DNA of 64,000 bases, from NCBI GenBank assembly GCA_965203565.1, contig OZ241896.1, positions 3,857,015 through 3,921,014 of the forward strand, read 5' to 3'. Positions within the stretch are counted from its first letter, which is position 1. Every line of letters begins with the position of its first letter. This stretch comes from Vicinamibacterales bacterium (lineage in GTDB: Bacteria > Acidobacteriota > Vicinamibacteria > Vicinamibacterales > UBA8438). The notes under the pieces are model-generated. The model was not told the origin of the DNA. It was given only the letters and a program-made list of their open reading frames with translations, and ran no database searches. Positions 39,533 to 51,273 of this stretch are shown piece after piece. The translations under genes and the position numbers were made by a program.

Positions 39533-41448
39533 CTCTGCACGCTCCATCGCCCAGCGACGGCCGCGGCCTGCTGCGGACCGTCCAGGCAGGCATCTTCCTC
39601 GTGCTCCTGACCCCGTTCGTCGTCACCGACGTCTTCTTCCCGTTCGTCGTCGGCAAGGCGGTCTACGCCCGCGCGATCATCGAGATCACCTTCGTGGCGT
39701 GGGTCGCGCTCGTGCTTCGCCATCCCCGGCGCCGGCCGGCGTGGTCGTGGACAGTGGCCGCCTTCGCCGTCTGGCTGCTCGCGTCCGGGCTCGCGGCGGC
39801 GTTCGGCGTCAGTCCCACGCGCAGCCTCTGGTCGACGTACGAGCGGATGCAGGGGGTGTTCGACCTCGCCCACTGGTTCGCGTTCACCGTCATGGCCGCC
39901 TCCGTGTTCAGGAGCGCCGCCGACTGGCGGCTGCTCTTCGGCGTCAACCTCGCGTGCAGCACCGTAGTCTGCCTGATCGGACTGGCTCAGCACTATCAGA
40001 TAGTCCACGTCGACCTGATCTACTTCCCGATGGGACTCCGGATGCGGTCCACGCTCGGCAACCCGTCCTACGTAGGGGCGTACGCGATGGTCAACGCGCT
40101 CCTGGGCGCGGCGCTGTTCGTTCAGTCGCTGGGCCCGGCCGCCCGCCGCCGCCCGCGGCTCCGGTGGGTCAGGGACGCCTGGGCGATCATGGTGCAGATC
40201 AACCTGTGGGGACTGTGGACGACCGGCTCCAGAGGCGCACTGACCGGCCTGGGCGCCGCGTCCCTGATCCTGATCGCGTACGGGACGTGGAAGCGCATGC
40301 GAGCCGCGTCATGGGCGGCGGGCGTCGCGCTTGCAGCCGCAGCCGCTCTCATCGTCGTCGCGCGAACGACGACGATCCTCGAGCCGGTCGTCGAGTCGAA
40401 CCCCACGTTGCAGCGGCTGGCCGGCGCCGACAGGGAGGATTTCCCCATCCGGTCGCGCGTCATCGGCATCGACACGGGGCTGCGGGCGTTTCTGGACCGG
40501 CCGGTCCTCGGATGGGGTCCCGAGAACTTCATCGTCGGCTGGGGACGCCACATCGACGTCGATCTCCGAGACGGACCGATCCTCGCCACTTACGACCATG
40601 CCCACAACAAGCCGGTCGAAGAACTGGCGACCAAGGGCGCTCTCGGACTGCTGTCGTACCTCGCCCTCTGGGGCGTCATGGCCCGCGTGATCCTCCGGCG
40701 TCTGGCGCGGCTGTCGGGCTGCGACCGGATCGCGCTGTGCATCGTCGGCGCGGCGCTCGCCGCATACTTCGTCCAGAACCTCTTTCTGTTCGACAGTCCG
40801 GCGACGGTGATGCAGTTCTCCCTCCTCGTCGCGTTCGCCGCGGCGGTCGAAGCCTGGCGGCCCGCGTCAGGAGCCGCGCTGCGTTCGCCCGGCGCTGCGT
40901 TTCGACTCCCGCCGCGCTGGCGCCCATCCTTGCATCGTGCGGCCGGCCTGCCGGCGTCGACCGCCGGCGCGCACGCGCTGACCGCCGCCGCGGCCGTCCT
41001 GATGATCGCGGCGCTCGCCTTCGTAAACGTCCGGACGTACGCCGCCGCCGCCGCCCTGTCGGACGCCATGCGCACACCGCGTCCATGGTCGGACCGTCTG
41101 AACGACTTCACTCGGTCGATCGGCGGATTTCCCGGACTCGCCAACTATCCTCGCCTGTATCTCTGCGTGGCGGCGTCCGAAGCCATCGGCGACATGTCCG
41201 ACGAAGAGTTCCGGCGCACGATCGACGTCGTGAAGGCGGAGGCCGGGCGCGGTCTGGCGCTGGAGCCGCAGAACTGGCAGTTCCAGGCCTTTCTGGCGGC
41301 TTTCCACCAGCTCGCCGCCGTGCGGGACCCGGCCCTCCTGGCGGACGCCAGGCGGCACGCCGACCGCGCGGCCGAGCTGGCGCCCGGCGCGCAACAGGTC
41401 GTGGAAGTCCTCCAGGAACAGGAGAGGCTCGAACGGGACGCGCGCTGA
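39529..41448 (+). CDS. O-antigen ligase/oligosaccharyltransferase family protein with C-terminal TPR
   Basis: STLGNP, TGSRGA, RPVLGWGPENF, HAHN. Confidence 0.85.
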   Translation: MTLHAPSPSDGRGLLRTVQAGIFLVLLTPFVVTDVFFPFVVGKAVYARAIIEITFVAWVALVLRHPRRRPAWSWTVAAFAVWLLASGLAAAFGVSPTRSLWSTYERMQGVFDLAHWFAFTVMAASVFRSAADWRLLFGVNLACSTVVCLIGLAQHYQIVHVDLIYFPMGLRMRSTLGNPSYVGAYAMVNALLGAALFVQSLGPAARRRPRLRWVRDAWAIMVQINLWGLWTTGSRGALTGLGAASLILIAYGTWKRMRAASWAAGVALAAAAALIVVARTTTILEPVVESNPTLQRLAGADREDFPIRSRVIGIDTGLRAFLDRPVLGWGPENFIVGWGRHIDVDLRDGPILATYDHAHNKPVEELATKGALGLLSYLALWGVMARVILRRLARLSGCDRIALCIVGAALAAYFVQNLFLFDSPATVMQFSLLVAFAAAVEAWRPASGAALRSPGAAFRLPPRWRPSLHRAAGLPASTAGAHALTAAAAVLMIAALAFVNVRTYAAAAALSDAMRTPRPWSDRLNDFTRSIGGFPGLANYPRLYLCVAASEAIGDMSDEEFRRTIDVVKAEAGRGLALEPQNWQFQAFLAAFHQLAAVRDPALLADARRHADRAAELAPGAQQVVEVLQEQERLERDAR

Positions 41449-41453
41449 TCGGG

Positions 41454-42149
41454 TTACAGGCCGAGGACGAGCACGGCGGCGCCGCTCGCGGCGACGACGA
41501 GGCCGGCCGCCACGTCGGCGTGGCGGCGGAACGCGTCGGACCACTGTGCACCGATCCGGCCGCGCAGTTTCGCGGCAATGAACCGCGCAGCGTGGTGGCC
41601 GGCCGCCACCGCCGCCAGCATCACCGTAATCGTCAGCAGGCCGAAGACGCCGACTACGGCCGCAACGGCCGGCCAGTCGCGGGCGGCGCCGGGAACGACC
41701 ATCAGCGGAATGAGCGGTTCGCACGGGCCGACGAGGAAGACGATGAAGAGCGCCCGCGGCGTCACCGGCGCGCCGGCGGCGGAGGCCGCGTGGAGGCGCC
41801 CGCCGCCGGCGCGGAGCTGACCAGCCCGCCAGACCGCGCGCGCGGCGTATGCGAGGCCGAAGCCGATCAGCAGCGCCGCCGCCAGTTCTCCGCGGGCCGC
41901 CTCGACCCGGAGGAGCGCATCGATCGCGAGACCGAGCCCGACGCCGGCGGCGCCGATGAGGACGGACGACGCGACGTGGCCGGCGCCGCAGGCTGCGGTC
42001 ACCAGGAGGGTGCGCCGGAGCGTCCACCGCCGGGCGCGGCCGAGCGCCACGAAGGGGAGCGAGTGGTCGACGCCGAGCAGCGTGTGAACGACGGCGAGCG
42101 CGGCGGCTCCTCCCAGGAGCAGCGTCGAGGAGTCGAGCGGATCGGGCAT
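41454..42149 (-). CDS. Putative nickel/cobalt permease (HxxxxxDH type)
   Basis: HTLLGVDH, GAGH, GPCEPLIP; about 6 TMs; divergent from larE. Confidence 0.65.
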   Translation of the reverse strand: MPDPLDSSTLLLGGAAALAVVHTLLGVDHSLPFVALGRARRWTLRRTLLVTAACGAGHVASSVLIGAAGVGLGLAIDALLRVEAARGELAAALLIGFGLAYAARAVWRAGQLRAGGGRLHAASAAGAPVTPRALFIVFLVGPCEPLIPLMVVPGAARDWPAVAAVVGVFGLLTITVMLAAVAAGHHAARFIAAKLRGRIGAQWSDAFRRHADVAAGLVVAASGAAVLVLGL

Positions 42150-42191
42150 TGCGCAAGTGCGAAACGCTACACTAACTCAATTCGTGATTCC

Positions 42192-43124
42192 ATGACGCCT
42201 CTCGACGCCAGGATCGCCCGTCTGCGGCGGCTGCTGGCCGGCCTCGACCGCGTCGTCGTCTGTTTCTCGGGCGGCGTCGATTCGAGCTACCTGCTGGCGG
42301 AGGCGGTCGGCGTCCTCGGCGGCCGCGCCGTCGCGCTGACGGCCGTCTCGCCGAGCCTCGCCCCCGAAGAGGGCGCCGCCGCACGACGCCTGGCGGCGCG
42401 GCTCGGCGCGCCGCATCTGCTCGTCGACACCAGCGAGCTCGACGACCCGCGCTACGCGGCCAACCCGGTGAACCGGTGCTACTTCTGCAAGACGGAGGTG
42501 TACGGCCGGGCGGCGCGGGAGGCGTCCCGCCTGGGCATTCCCCACGTGCTGGACGGCTTCAACCTGGACGACCGGAGCGACTACCGCCCCGGCCGCCGGG
42601 CCGCGAACGAGCACGGGGTGCGCTCACCGCTCGACGAGCTGGGGTTCACGAAGGCGGACGTCCGGGAGGCCGCGCGCCAACTGGATCTGCCGGTCTGGAA
42701 CAAACCGGCTCTCGCGTGCCTCTCGAGCCGTTTCCCGTACGGGACGGCGATCACCCCGGAGCGGCTCGCGCGGGTGGCCGCCTGCGAGCGGACGCTCCGC
42801 GAACGCGGGTTCGCCGTCTGCCGCGTCCGGTGCTTCGGGACACGGGCGCGGATAGAAGTCGCGCCGGAGGAGATCGCGCGGCTCCGCGACCCGGCGCTCC
42901 TGGCCGACGTCACCGCCCGCTTCAGAGCCGCGGGATTCGATGAGGTGGAGATCGATCCGGAAGGCTACCGCCGAGGCGCGTTGAACGCACTCGCTCCGCA
43001 TGACGCGGGGAGGACCGTCGCGACGCCGGCCGCGCAAGCCGCCGGAACCGCCAGCGCTAGCAGCCCGTGGTGGAATCCCCGCGTCGCGCCGAGAGCGGTG
43101 AGGCGCCCGCCTGACAAGGCGTGA
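42192..43124 (+). CDS. larE: ATP-dependent sulfur transferase LarE
   Basis: FSGGVDSS, NRCYFCK, DYRPG, KPALACLSSRFPYG; stop codon lies within MITE copy 7. Confidence 0.9.
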   Translation: MTPLDARIARLRRLLAGLDRVVVCFSGGVDSSYLLAEAVGVLGGRAVALTAVSPSLAPEEGAAARRLAARLGAPHLLVDTSELDDPRYAANPVNRCYFCKTEVYGRAAREASRLGIPHVLDGFNLDDRSDYRPGRRAANEHGVRSPLDELGFTKADVREAARQLDLPVWNKPALACLSSRFPYGTAITPERLARVAACERTLRERGFAVCRVRCFGTRARIEVAPEEIARLRDPALLADVTARFRAAGFDEVEIDPEGYRRGALNALAPHDAGRTVATPAAQAAGTASASSPWWNPRVAPRAVRRPPDKA

Positions 43125-43219
43125 GGAGGGCGCATATTGGGCATACGCAACCGACGAACAACGCAGTCAGGCGGGATGCATCGCCGCTCGAATGCAGCGG
43201 GGACTTTCGCCACGGGCTG
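43061..43219. mobile_element. 159-bp MITE copy 7, TSD CTAG
   Basis: TIRs; duplicated CTAG contains the stop of the convergent M16 gene. Confidence 0.92.
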
Positions 43220-44738
43220 CTAGCCGGCCGGCGCCGCGCGGAACATTTCCTCGACCGGCGCAATCCGGACCCGGTCCGGGTTGACCGGTATGCGGTACGA
43301 CGCGATCTCTTCGTCCTCCGCCCGGACCGCGTCGCTGACGGTCATGTCGTACGTGGGCGGCGACGGCTCGTTCGCCAACAGCCGCTCGACGAACGCTTCC
43401 GCGTCCGTGGTCACGACGCCGACGGCCAGATCGCCGTACCGCAGGTGACGGCGGACCGCTTCGTTCACGTCGTCGACCGTCAGGCGCTCCATCCACAACC
43501 GGATTTCATCGACCAGGCAGCCGGTCCGATAGAACCGGGCGTCCATCAGGTACCCGAGCCGGCGGTCGGCCGTCTGCACGTACAGCTTCGAGTAGTTGAC
43601 GAGGAAGTCCCGCGTCGCCTCGAAATCTTCGGCGCTCAGGCCCTCGTCGACCAGGATCCGCAGTTCGCGAAGCGCCTGCCGCAGGGCGAAGTGCGCGTTG
43701 TGGTGAGGCGTCGGCCGGATCCAGATGCTGAAGAACTGCCGCCGCCGCGGAATGTTCGGGACGGGAAACCGGGAGCCGCCCGCCTGAATGAAGTTCTCGA
43801 TGTACGAATAGTCGCCGTAGTTGAGGCCGCGGGCGCCGCGCATCCTGTTCATCAGCACCCCGTTGAACGTCCGGTGCTCCCCGAAGTACGAGTTGGCGAC
43901 GAGCAGCGCGTAGAAGTCCCTGTCGGCCCGCGTGACGTCGATCGGGAAACCGATGGAGATGGCGGTCGCGATCGCCTGCTTGTCGACCACGAGCAGCTCC
44001 ACGCCGTCGAGCTCCCGGGGCCGGGGCGGCGGGGCGGGATCGGGATCGCCCGGCGGAAGCCGCTCCGCCAGATCGGCCTCCACCTGCTGCAGGAAACCCG
44101 GCGGGTACCCGCCGGCGACGCCGACGAGCACGTTGTCCCGGGTGTACCGGCGCGCGTGGAAGTCGCGCACGTCGTCGAGCGTGACGGCGTCGAGGCCGAG
44201 CTCGGAGCCCGCCGCGGGAGCCTCGTACGGATGGCCGCGATACAGGAGCGCGTTGAGCGCCTGTTTGCCGAGCTCCTCGTCGTCGGCGCCGCGGAGAGTT
44301 GCGGTCACGTGGTTCCTGAGGCGCTCCCGGTTGCGTTCGAAGTCGACCGGGTCGAAACGCGGCGTCACGATCAGGTCGCGGACGATGCCGTAGAACGGCT
44401 CCAGGTAGTCGCGGGGCGCGCTTCCGACGATCGTCGTCACCTCCTTGTCGAACTGCGCCGAGATCGAGGCCGACCACGGGTAGAGCGTACGGGTCAGCTC
44501 GTCGAATCCGAGCGTCCGGGAGCCGCCCCGCCCGATCATCGACGCCGTCAGGGCGTTCAGCCCGTTCTTGCCGGCGGGATCGTCGATAGAACCGGTCCGG
44601 AAGGCGATCCGCAGGTTGACGATCGGCGAGTCCGGCGACCGCAGGCCGATGCCGGTGGACGACGCTTCCTCGTACGGCCTCTCGGCGCAACTTGACCCGG
44701 CCAGCCAGAGCGCGGCGACGGCTGCGGCGCGCGGCGAT

Positions 44739-44746
<8 letters not shown>
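43220..44746 (-). CDS. M16 family peptidase, non-catalytic subunit
   Basis: GSIDDPAGKNGL, HPY, RGARGLNYG; lacks HxxEH. Confidence 0.85.
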
Positions 44747-46082
<1,336 letters not shown>

Positions 46083-46276
46083 GCGCTCCCGTCCTGTGGA
46101 ATCTTACTACCGCGGCGCCGATCGGGCTGCCCGTATTCTGGATGGGACACCACCGGCCTGCAAATGCGACAGTCTGACAGCCCGTGCAGGCGATTGGAAA
46201 GGCGCGCCGGCTTGGCATGAATCATGCTTGAAGAATTGAACAAGAAGAACAAGCGAGGCAACTACAGGAGTCGATC

Positions 46277-47239
46277 ATGCGCCGACTGGCTTTCACAGCG
46301 ATGGTGGTTTCGGCGGTTACGCTCAGCGCGCCCGAGCTCGCCGCCGGCGAGCCCCAGCGCGTCCGCCCGCGACGTCAGGACGGCGGCGAGGCCGCGGGCG
46401 CCCCTCGGCCCGGACCGCGCGCGGCGCCGCCGGCCCGGCGGACGCCGCCGCCGCGCGCCGCCGAACCGGCCCGGGCGCGGCCGGCCCGGCCGGCCGCGCC
46501 GCGCGCCGCTCCGGGCGGTCCTCCGCGCGCGCCCCGGGTCTCCCCCGCGCCGCGCCGGCCGGATCGCGGCGCGTCCGCGCGGCGGCCCGAGCGCATCGGC
46601 GAACGCGGCCGGGGCCGGCCCGGCGCGCGCGTCGGACCCGGCGCGGCGCCGCGCGCTCCGGGCGGCGTCAACGTCCGCCGCCCCGCGCCCCGACGCGCGC
46701 GCCCGGAGATCGAACCGCACGGCGCCGGCGGCCGGCCCGGACGTTACGGCCGCGGCCGGGCGGTCCCGCGGTACGAGGACGGAGCGCACCGGCGCAACGC
46801 ACGCGCGCACCGGCGCGGCCATCGGGTCGTCCGGCGCCACGTGCATCGGCCGAGGTTCTTCTACCCGGCGGTGTACGGTTCGTACTTCCATTTTCCCGGC
46901 TATGCGCTCGACCTGCGGTTCGGGCGCCCGCACTACCACCACTACGGCCGCCCCGGGTACGGGTACTGGCCGTACGACCGCTGGTACGACGCGGACCACT
47001 ACGATCCGTACGTCGGCTTCCTGCGCCTCAAGGTGAAGCCGCGGTGGGCGGAAGTGTACGTGAACGGATATTACGTCGGCGTGGTCAACCACTTCGACGG
47101 CGTCTTCCAGCGCCTGCGGCTGCCGGAGGGACCGCACCGCATCGAGATCCGCCATCCCGACCATCAGCCGATCGAGATCGAGGTGCTGATCGTCGCCGGG
47201 GCCAAGGTGACGTACGAAGCCAGACTGCAACCGCACTGA
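46277..47239 (+). CDS. PEGA domain protein with Arg/Pro-rich disordered N-terminus
   Basis: LRLKVKPRWAEVYVNGYYVG...GPHRIEI. Confidence 0.75.
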   Translation: MRRLAFTAMVVSAVTLSAPELAAGEPQRVRPRRQDGGEAAGAPRPGPRAAPPARRTPPPRAAEPARARPARPAAPRAAPGGPPRAPRVSPAPRRPDRGASARRPERIGERGRGRPGARVGPGAAPRAPGGVNVRRPAPRRARPEIEPHGAGGRPGRYGRGRAVPRYEDGAHRRNARAHRRGHRVVRRHVHRPRFFYPAVYGSYFHFPGYALDLRFGRPHYHHYGRPGYGYWPYDRWYDADHYDPYVGFLRLKVKPRWAEVYVNGYYVGVVNHFDGVFQRLRLPEGPHRIEIRHPDHQPIEIEVLIVAGAKVTYEARLQPH

Positions 47240-47256
47240 GGTAGAATCGTGCGCCG

Positions 47257-48780
47257 ATGACGCCGCCCTCGCCGCGGGGCGCCGCGGCGGCCCCCGCGCC
47301 CGACGCCGGAGGTGCGCGGGATTATCCGATCCTCGTCCTGCTGGCGGCGACGTTCCTGGTCTGCTATGCGCCGACGCTGCTCACCGATTACGGGTACGGC
47401 GACGACTATCGCGATCTGGACGCCGGCCCCCTGTCGTACCTCATCAGGCACAAGGCTCAGGAGGGGCGGCTGCTCTACGCCGCGTGGACGAGCCTCCTCA
47501 TGCTGGCGGCGACGGACATCCGCGATCTGCTGTACTTCCGGATCGTCGGACTCCTCGGCATCGCCTTGCTGGCGTGGAGTCTGTTCCAGGCGCTCGTGCG
47601 AGCCGGCTGCAGCAGGCTCCACGCGTATTGCGTGGGCGTGATTACAGGCTCCACCCTGCCGTTTCAGGTCTGGGCCGTGGGCGCCTCGACTGCGCTCTTC
47701 CCGTACGCCGCATTCGCGTCGGGCGTCGCATTCCGTCTGGGCGAGCGGGCGTTCCTTGCGCGCCGGCCTCGCTCGACGCCGCTCCTCGCCGCCGGCGCCG
47801 TCCTGGCGCTGACGTCGGCGCTCGCCGTCTATCAGCCTGCGGCGATGCTCTTCTGGGTCTTCACGGCCATCGCGCTGCTGGGGCCGCAGACGTCCGGGCG
47901 CGACGCGTTCCGCCGGTTCCGATGGCATGGCCTGATCGCCGCGGGCGCCATGCTGCTGAACTACGTCCACGTGCGTCTGGCGAACGCGGTCTGGCCGGAG
48001 CTTCCCCGCAACATCGACCTGCTCGGAGATCTCCCCGGCGCCGCCGCATGGTTCTTTACAGAAGTCTTGCCGAACGCGCTGAACTTCGCCTGGTTTCCCG
48101 TCGGCGGGATCGTTTCGTGGCTCGTGTTCGCCGCAATCGCCGGGGGGCTGCTGTCGTATCTTCACGGGCGTCCGGGGCGGCGGGTGAAGATCGGCGTCGT
48201 CCTCGCGCTCCTGCCGCTGAGCCATGCGCCCAACCTGGCGGTCGCGCAGAACGTGGCGGCGTACCGCACGCTGGCGGGCCTCACCTCCCTGATCGTCGTG
48301 CTCGCCTGGCTTGCCTTCCAGGGATACGTCCGCCGGCTGCATCTTTCGTCCGCTTCGTTCGGCGCGAACGCCGTCGCGGGGGCCGCGGCGATCGCCTGCC
48401 TGCTGTCGGCCGCGTGGCGCGTCGAGACGTTCTTCGTGACGCAGCAACGCCTCGAACTCGCCGTCATGCGGTCCCAGTTGACGCCGGACCGTCTTGCCGA
48501 AGCGCAGAGCATCGTCATCGTTCGCAGCCGGCCGGAGGACAGTTTCACCCCGCTCAGTCTGCATGACGAATTGGGCCTGTTGACGTCGGCGGTGCCCGAC
48601 GCTCCGGCCATGGCCCGTCTGCTGCTGCTGGAAACGGCGCCGGCGTACGCCGACCTGCCGGTCACGTCCGTCCGGGCGGGCGCATTGTCCGAGGCGCCGC
48701 TGGGCGCTCTCGTCGTGGACATGAGCAATCTCCGGGAGACCGCGGCGCGGATCGCGCCCGAATCGTCCGTGCTACCCTGA
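47257..48780 (+). CDS. Membrane glucosyltransferase-like protein (GtrII-like), copy A
   Basis: DDY...EGR, YQP, multi-TM; paralog of the next gene. Confidence 0.6.
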   Translation: MTPPSPRGAAAAPAPDAGGARDYPILVLLAATFLVCYAPTLLTDYGYGDDYRDLDAGPLSYLIRHKAQEGRLLYAAWTSLLMLAATDIRDLLYFRIVGLLGIALLAWSLFQALVRAGCSRLHAYCVGVITGSTLPFQVWAVGASTALFPYAAFASGVAFRLGERAFLARRPRSTPLLAAGAVLALTSALAVYQPAAMLFWVFTAIALLGPQTSGRDAFRRFRWHGLIAAGAMLLNYVHVRLANAVWPELPRNIDLLGDLPGAAAWFFTEVLPNALNFAWFPVGGIVSWLVFAAIAGGLLSYLHGRPGRRVKIGVVLALLPLSHAPNLAVAQNVAAYRTLAGLTSLIVVLAWLAFQGYVRRLHLSSASFGANAVAGAAAIACLLSAAWRVETFFVTQQRLELAVMRSQLTPDRLAEAQSIVIVRSRPEDSFTPLSLHDELGLLTSAVPDAPAMARLLLLETAPAYADLPVTSVRAGALSEAPLGALVVDMSNLRETAARIAPESSVLP

Positions 48781-48786
48781 CAGCCC

Positions 48787-50262
48787 GTGTCCCCTCCCGG
48801 CGACCGGGACTACCGGATTCTCGGCCTGCTGCTGGCGGCGTTCGCGGTCTGCTATGCGCCGGCGCTGACGGACGACTACGGTTTCCGCGACGACTATCGC
48901 AACCTCGACGCGGGACCGCTGTCGTTCGTCGTCAGGCAGGTGATTCAGGAAGGCCGGCCGCTCAATGCCCTCGGGATGCACGCCGCCCTGTGGATGGCGA
49001 CGGAGATCCAGGACCTGCTGTACCCCCGCATCGTGGGAATAGCTGGCATCGCCTTGCTGGCGTGGAGCGTCTTCCGCGCGCTCGCGCGCGTCGGATACGG
49101 CAGGCTCCAGTCCTGCTGCGTGGGCGTCGTCACAGGCTGCGCCCTGCCGTTTCAGGTCTACGCCGCGTATGCCTCGGTGGCGCTCTATCCGTTCGCCGCG
49201 CTGCTGTCGGGCGCCGCGTTCCGTCTGAGCGAACGGTCGTACGATTCGCGCCGGCCCCGCTCCCGGTGGCTGCTGGCCGCCGGCGCCGGTCTGGTCCTGA
49301 CGGCCGCGCTCGCCATCTTTCAGCCCGCGGCCATGTGCTTCTGGACGTTCGCCGCCATCGCACTGCTGCGGCCGGAAACGCCCGCGCGCGAAACGCTCCA
49401 CCGGTTTCGGTGGTGCTGCCTGATCGCGGCGGGCGGAATGCTGCTGGAGTTCGCCCTGGTGCGTCTGGCGGCCGTCGCGTTCCCGTACGGCCTCGCCAGG
49501 TCCGGCCTGATCCGGGACGTCCCCGCCAAGGCCGCCTGGTTTCTGTCGGAACCGCTGCCCAACGCCCTGAACTTCGCCTGGTTTCCCGCAAGCGGCGTCG
49601 TTTCGTGGAGCATCGCCGCCGTCATCGCCGGAGGGTTGTCGCTGCATCTTCGCCACGCGCCCGGGCGGTGGGTGAAAGGGTGCGTCGCCCTGGCGCTCCT
49701 GCCGCTGAGCTACGCGTCCAACCTGGTGGTCGCACTGAGCTTCGCGGCCTATCGCACGTTGCCGGGCCTGACGTCCCTGATCGTCGTGCTCGCGTACCTG
49801 GCCTTCCGAGGATACGCCCGCCGGCTGCGCCTTCCGCTCGCTGCGTTCGGCGTGAACGCCGCCGCGGGCGCCGCGGCGATCGCCTGCATGCTGTCGGCCG
49901 CGTGGCGCGTCCACACTTTTTTCGTGACGCCGCAACGCCTGGAGCTCGCCGTCATGCGGTCCCAGTTGACGCCGGAGCGCCTGGCCGGAGCGCAGGGGAT
50001 CAGCATCGTGCGCAGCCGGCCCGAGGATACGCTCGCTCCCCGCGCGCTGTACGACGAGTTCGGCGCGCCGTTCTCGGAGACGCGGGACGTTCCGGCGCTG
50101 GCCCGCCTGCTGCTGCGCGAAACGGCGCCGGAGCACGCCGATCTGCCGGTCACTTCGGTCGGATTCGCCGAGCTCGCCGAACCGCCTCCGGGCGCTCTCG
50201 TCGTGGACATGAGCAACCTCCGGGAGGCCGCCGCGCGGGTCGCGCCCGCCATGCTACGCTAG
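48787..50262 (+). CDS. Membrane glucosyltransferase-like protein (GtrII-like), copy B
   Basis: DDY...EGRP, FQP; tandem duplicate. Confidence 0.6.
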   Translation: MSPPGDRDYRILGLLLAAFAVCYAPALTDDYGFRDDYRNLDAGPLSFVVRQVIQEGRPLNALGMHAALWMATEIQDLLYPRIVGIAGIALLAWSVFRALARVGYGRLQSCCVGVVTGCALPFQVYAAYASVALYPFAALLSGAAFRLSERSYDSRRPRSRWLLAAGAGLVLTAALAIFQPAAMCFWTFAAIALLRPETPARETLHRFRWCCLIAAGGMLLEFALVRLAAVAFPYGLARSGLIRDVPAKAAWFLSEPLPNALNFAWFPASGVVSWSIAAVIAGGLSLHLRHAPGRWVKGCVALALLPLSYASNLVVALSFAAYRTLPGLTSLIVVLAYLAFRGYARRLRLPLAAFGVNAAAGAAAIACMLSAAWRVHTFFVTPQRLELAVMRSQLTPERLAGAQGISIVRSRPEDTLAPRALYDEFGAPFSETRDVPALARLLLRETAPEHADLPVTSVGFAELAEPPPGALVVDMSNLREAAARVAPAMLR

Positions 50263-50268
50263 TGCGCC

Positions 50269-51273
50269 ATGCTGGAAGCTCGCGGCGCGCGCCCCGCTCC
50301 CGATCGGCGCGAGGTCGAAGCGCTTTACCGCCGCGGCCTGCTCGCGCTGGTGTTCGAGGCCGCGCAGGTCCACCGGCAGGCCCACGACCCCGCCGAGGTG
50401 CAGTGCGCTTCGCTCCTCAGCGTGAAGACCGGAGGTTGTCCGGAGAACTGCTCGTACTGCCCGCAGTCGGCGCACTACAGGACGGGCGTCGAAGCCGAGC
50501 CGCTCATGACCGTGGAGGCGGTCGCCGGAGCGGCGCGCGCGGCGCGCGCGAACGGCGCCGACCGGTTCTGCCTCGGCGCCGCCTGGCGCGAAGTAAGCGA
50601 CGGGCCGGAGTTCGACCGCGTTCTGGAGATGGTCCGCGCCGTCAAGGCGACCGGACTCGAAACGTGCGTCACGCTCGGCATGCTGACCGGCGCGCAGGCG
50701 GGCCGCCTGCGGGAGGCGGGGCTCGACTACTACAACCACAACCTCGACACGGGGCGGGCGTTCTACTCGAACGTCGTCACCACGCGGCGCTACGACGACC
50801 GGCTGCGCACGCTGGACGCGGTCCGCGGCGCAGGCCTGAAAGTCTGCTGCGGCGGCATCCTGGGGATGGGCGAAAGCCATGACGACCGGATCGACCTGCT
50901 CCACGAGCTGGCCCGCCAGACGCCGCAGCCCGAGAGCGTGCCGATCAACACGTTGGTCGCGGTCGAGGGAACGCCGCTCGCCGACCGGCCGCCGGCGCCG
51001 TGGGACGAGATCGTCCGGGTCGTCGCCGCGGCCCGCATCCTGATGCCGCGCGCCCGGATCCGGCTCAGCGCCGGGCGGCTGCAGATGGACGAGACGCTGC
51101 AGGCGCTCTGCTTCCTGGCCGGCGCGAACTCGATCTTCCTCGGCGACCAGCTGCTGACCACCGCCAACCCGCCGGCCGACGCCGATCACGGGCTGCTCGA
51201 TCGCCTCGGCCTGCACGCCGTGCGGATGCGCGGCGCCGATCCTGACATCGAACGCAAGGAGGAGCACCCATGA
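50269..51273 (+). CDS. bioB: Biotin synthase
   Basis: [42 protein letters not shown]. Confidence 0.96.
   Translation: MLEARGARPAPDRREVEALYRRGLLALVFEAAQVHRQAHDPAEVQCASLLSVKTGGCPENCSYCPQSAHYRTGVEAEPLMTVEAVAGAARAARANGADRFCLGAAWREVSDGPEFDRVLEMVRAVKATGLETCVTLGMLTGAQAGRLREAGLDYYNHNLDTGRAFYSNVVTTRRYDDRLRTLDAVRGAGLKVCCGGILGMGESHDDRIDLLHELARQTPQPESVPINTLVAVEGTPLADRPPAPWDEIVRVVAAARILMPRARIRLSAGRLQMDETLQALCFLAGANSIFLGDQLLTTANPPADADHGLLDRLGLHAVRMRGADPDIERKEEHP

Noticed and set aside
39699..43124. 1141-aa ORF
   Set aside because: Shadow frame over the ligase and permease; only 42192-43124 (LarE) is credible.
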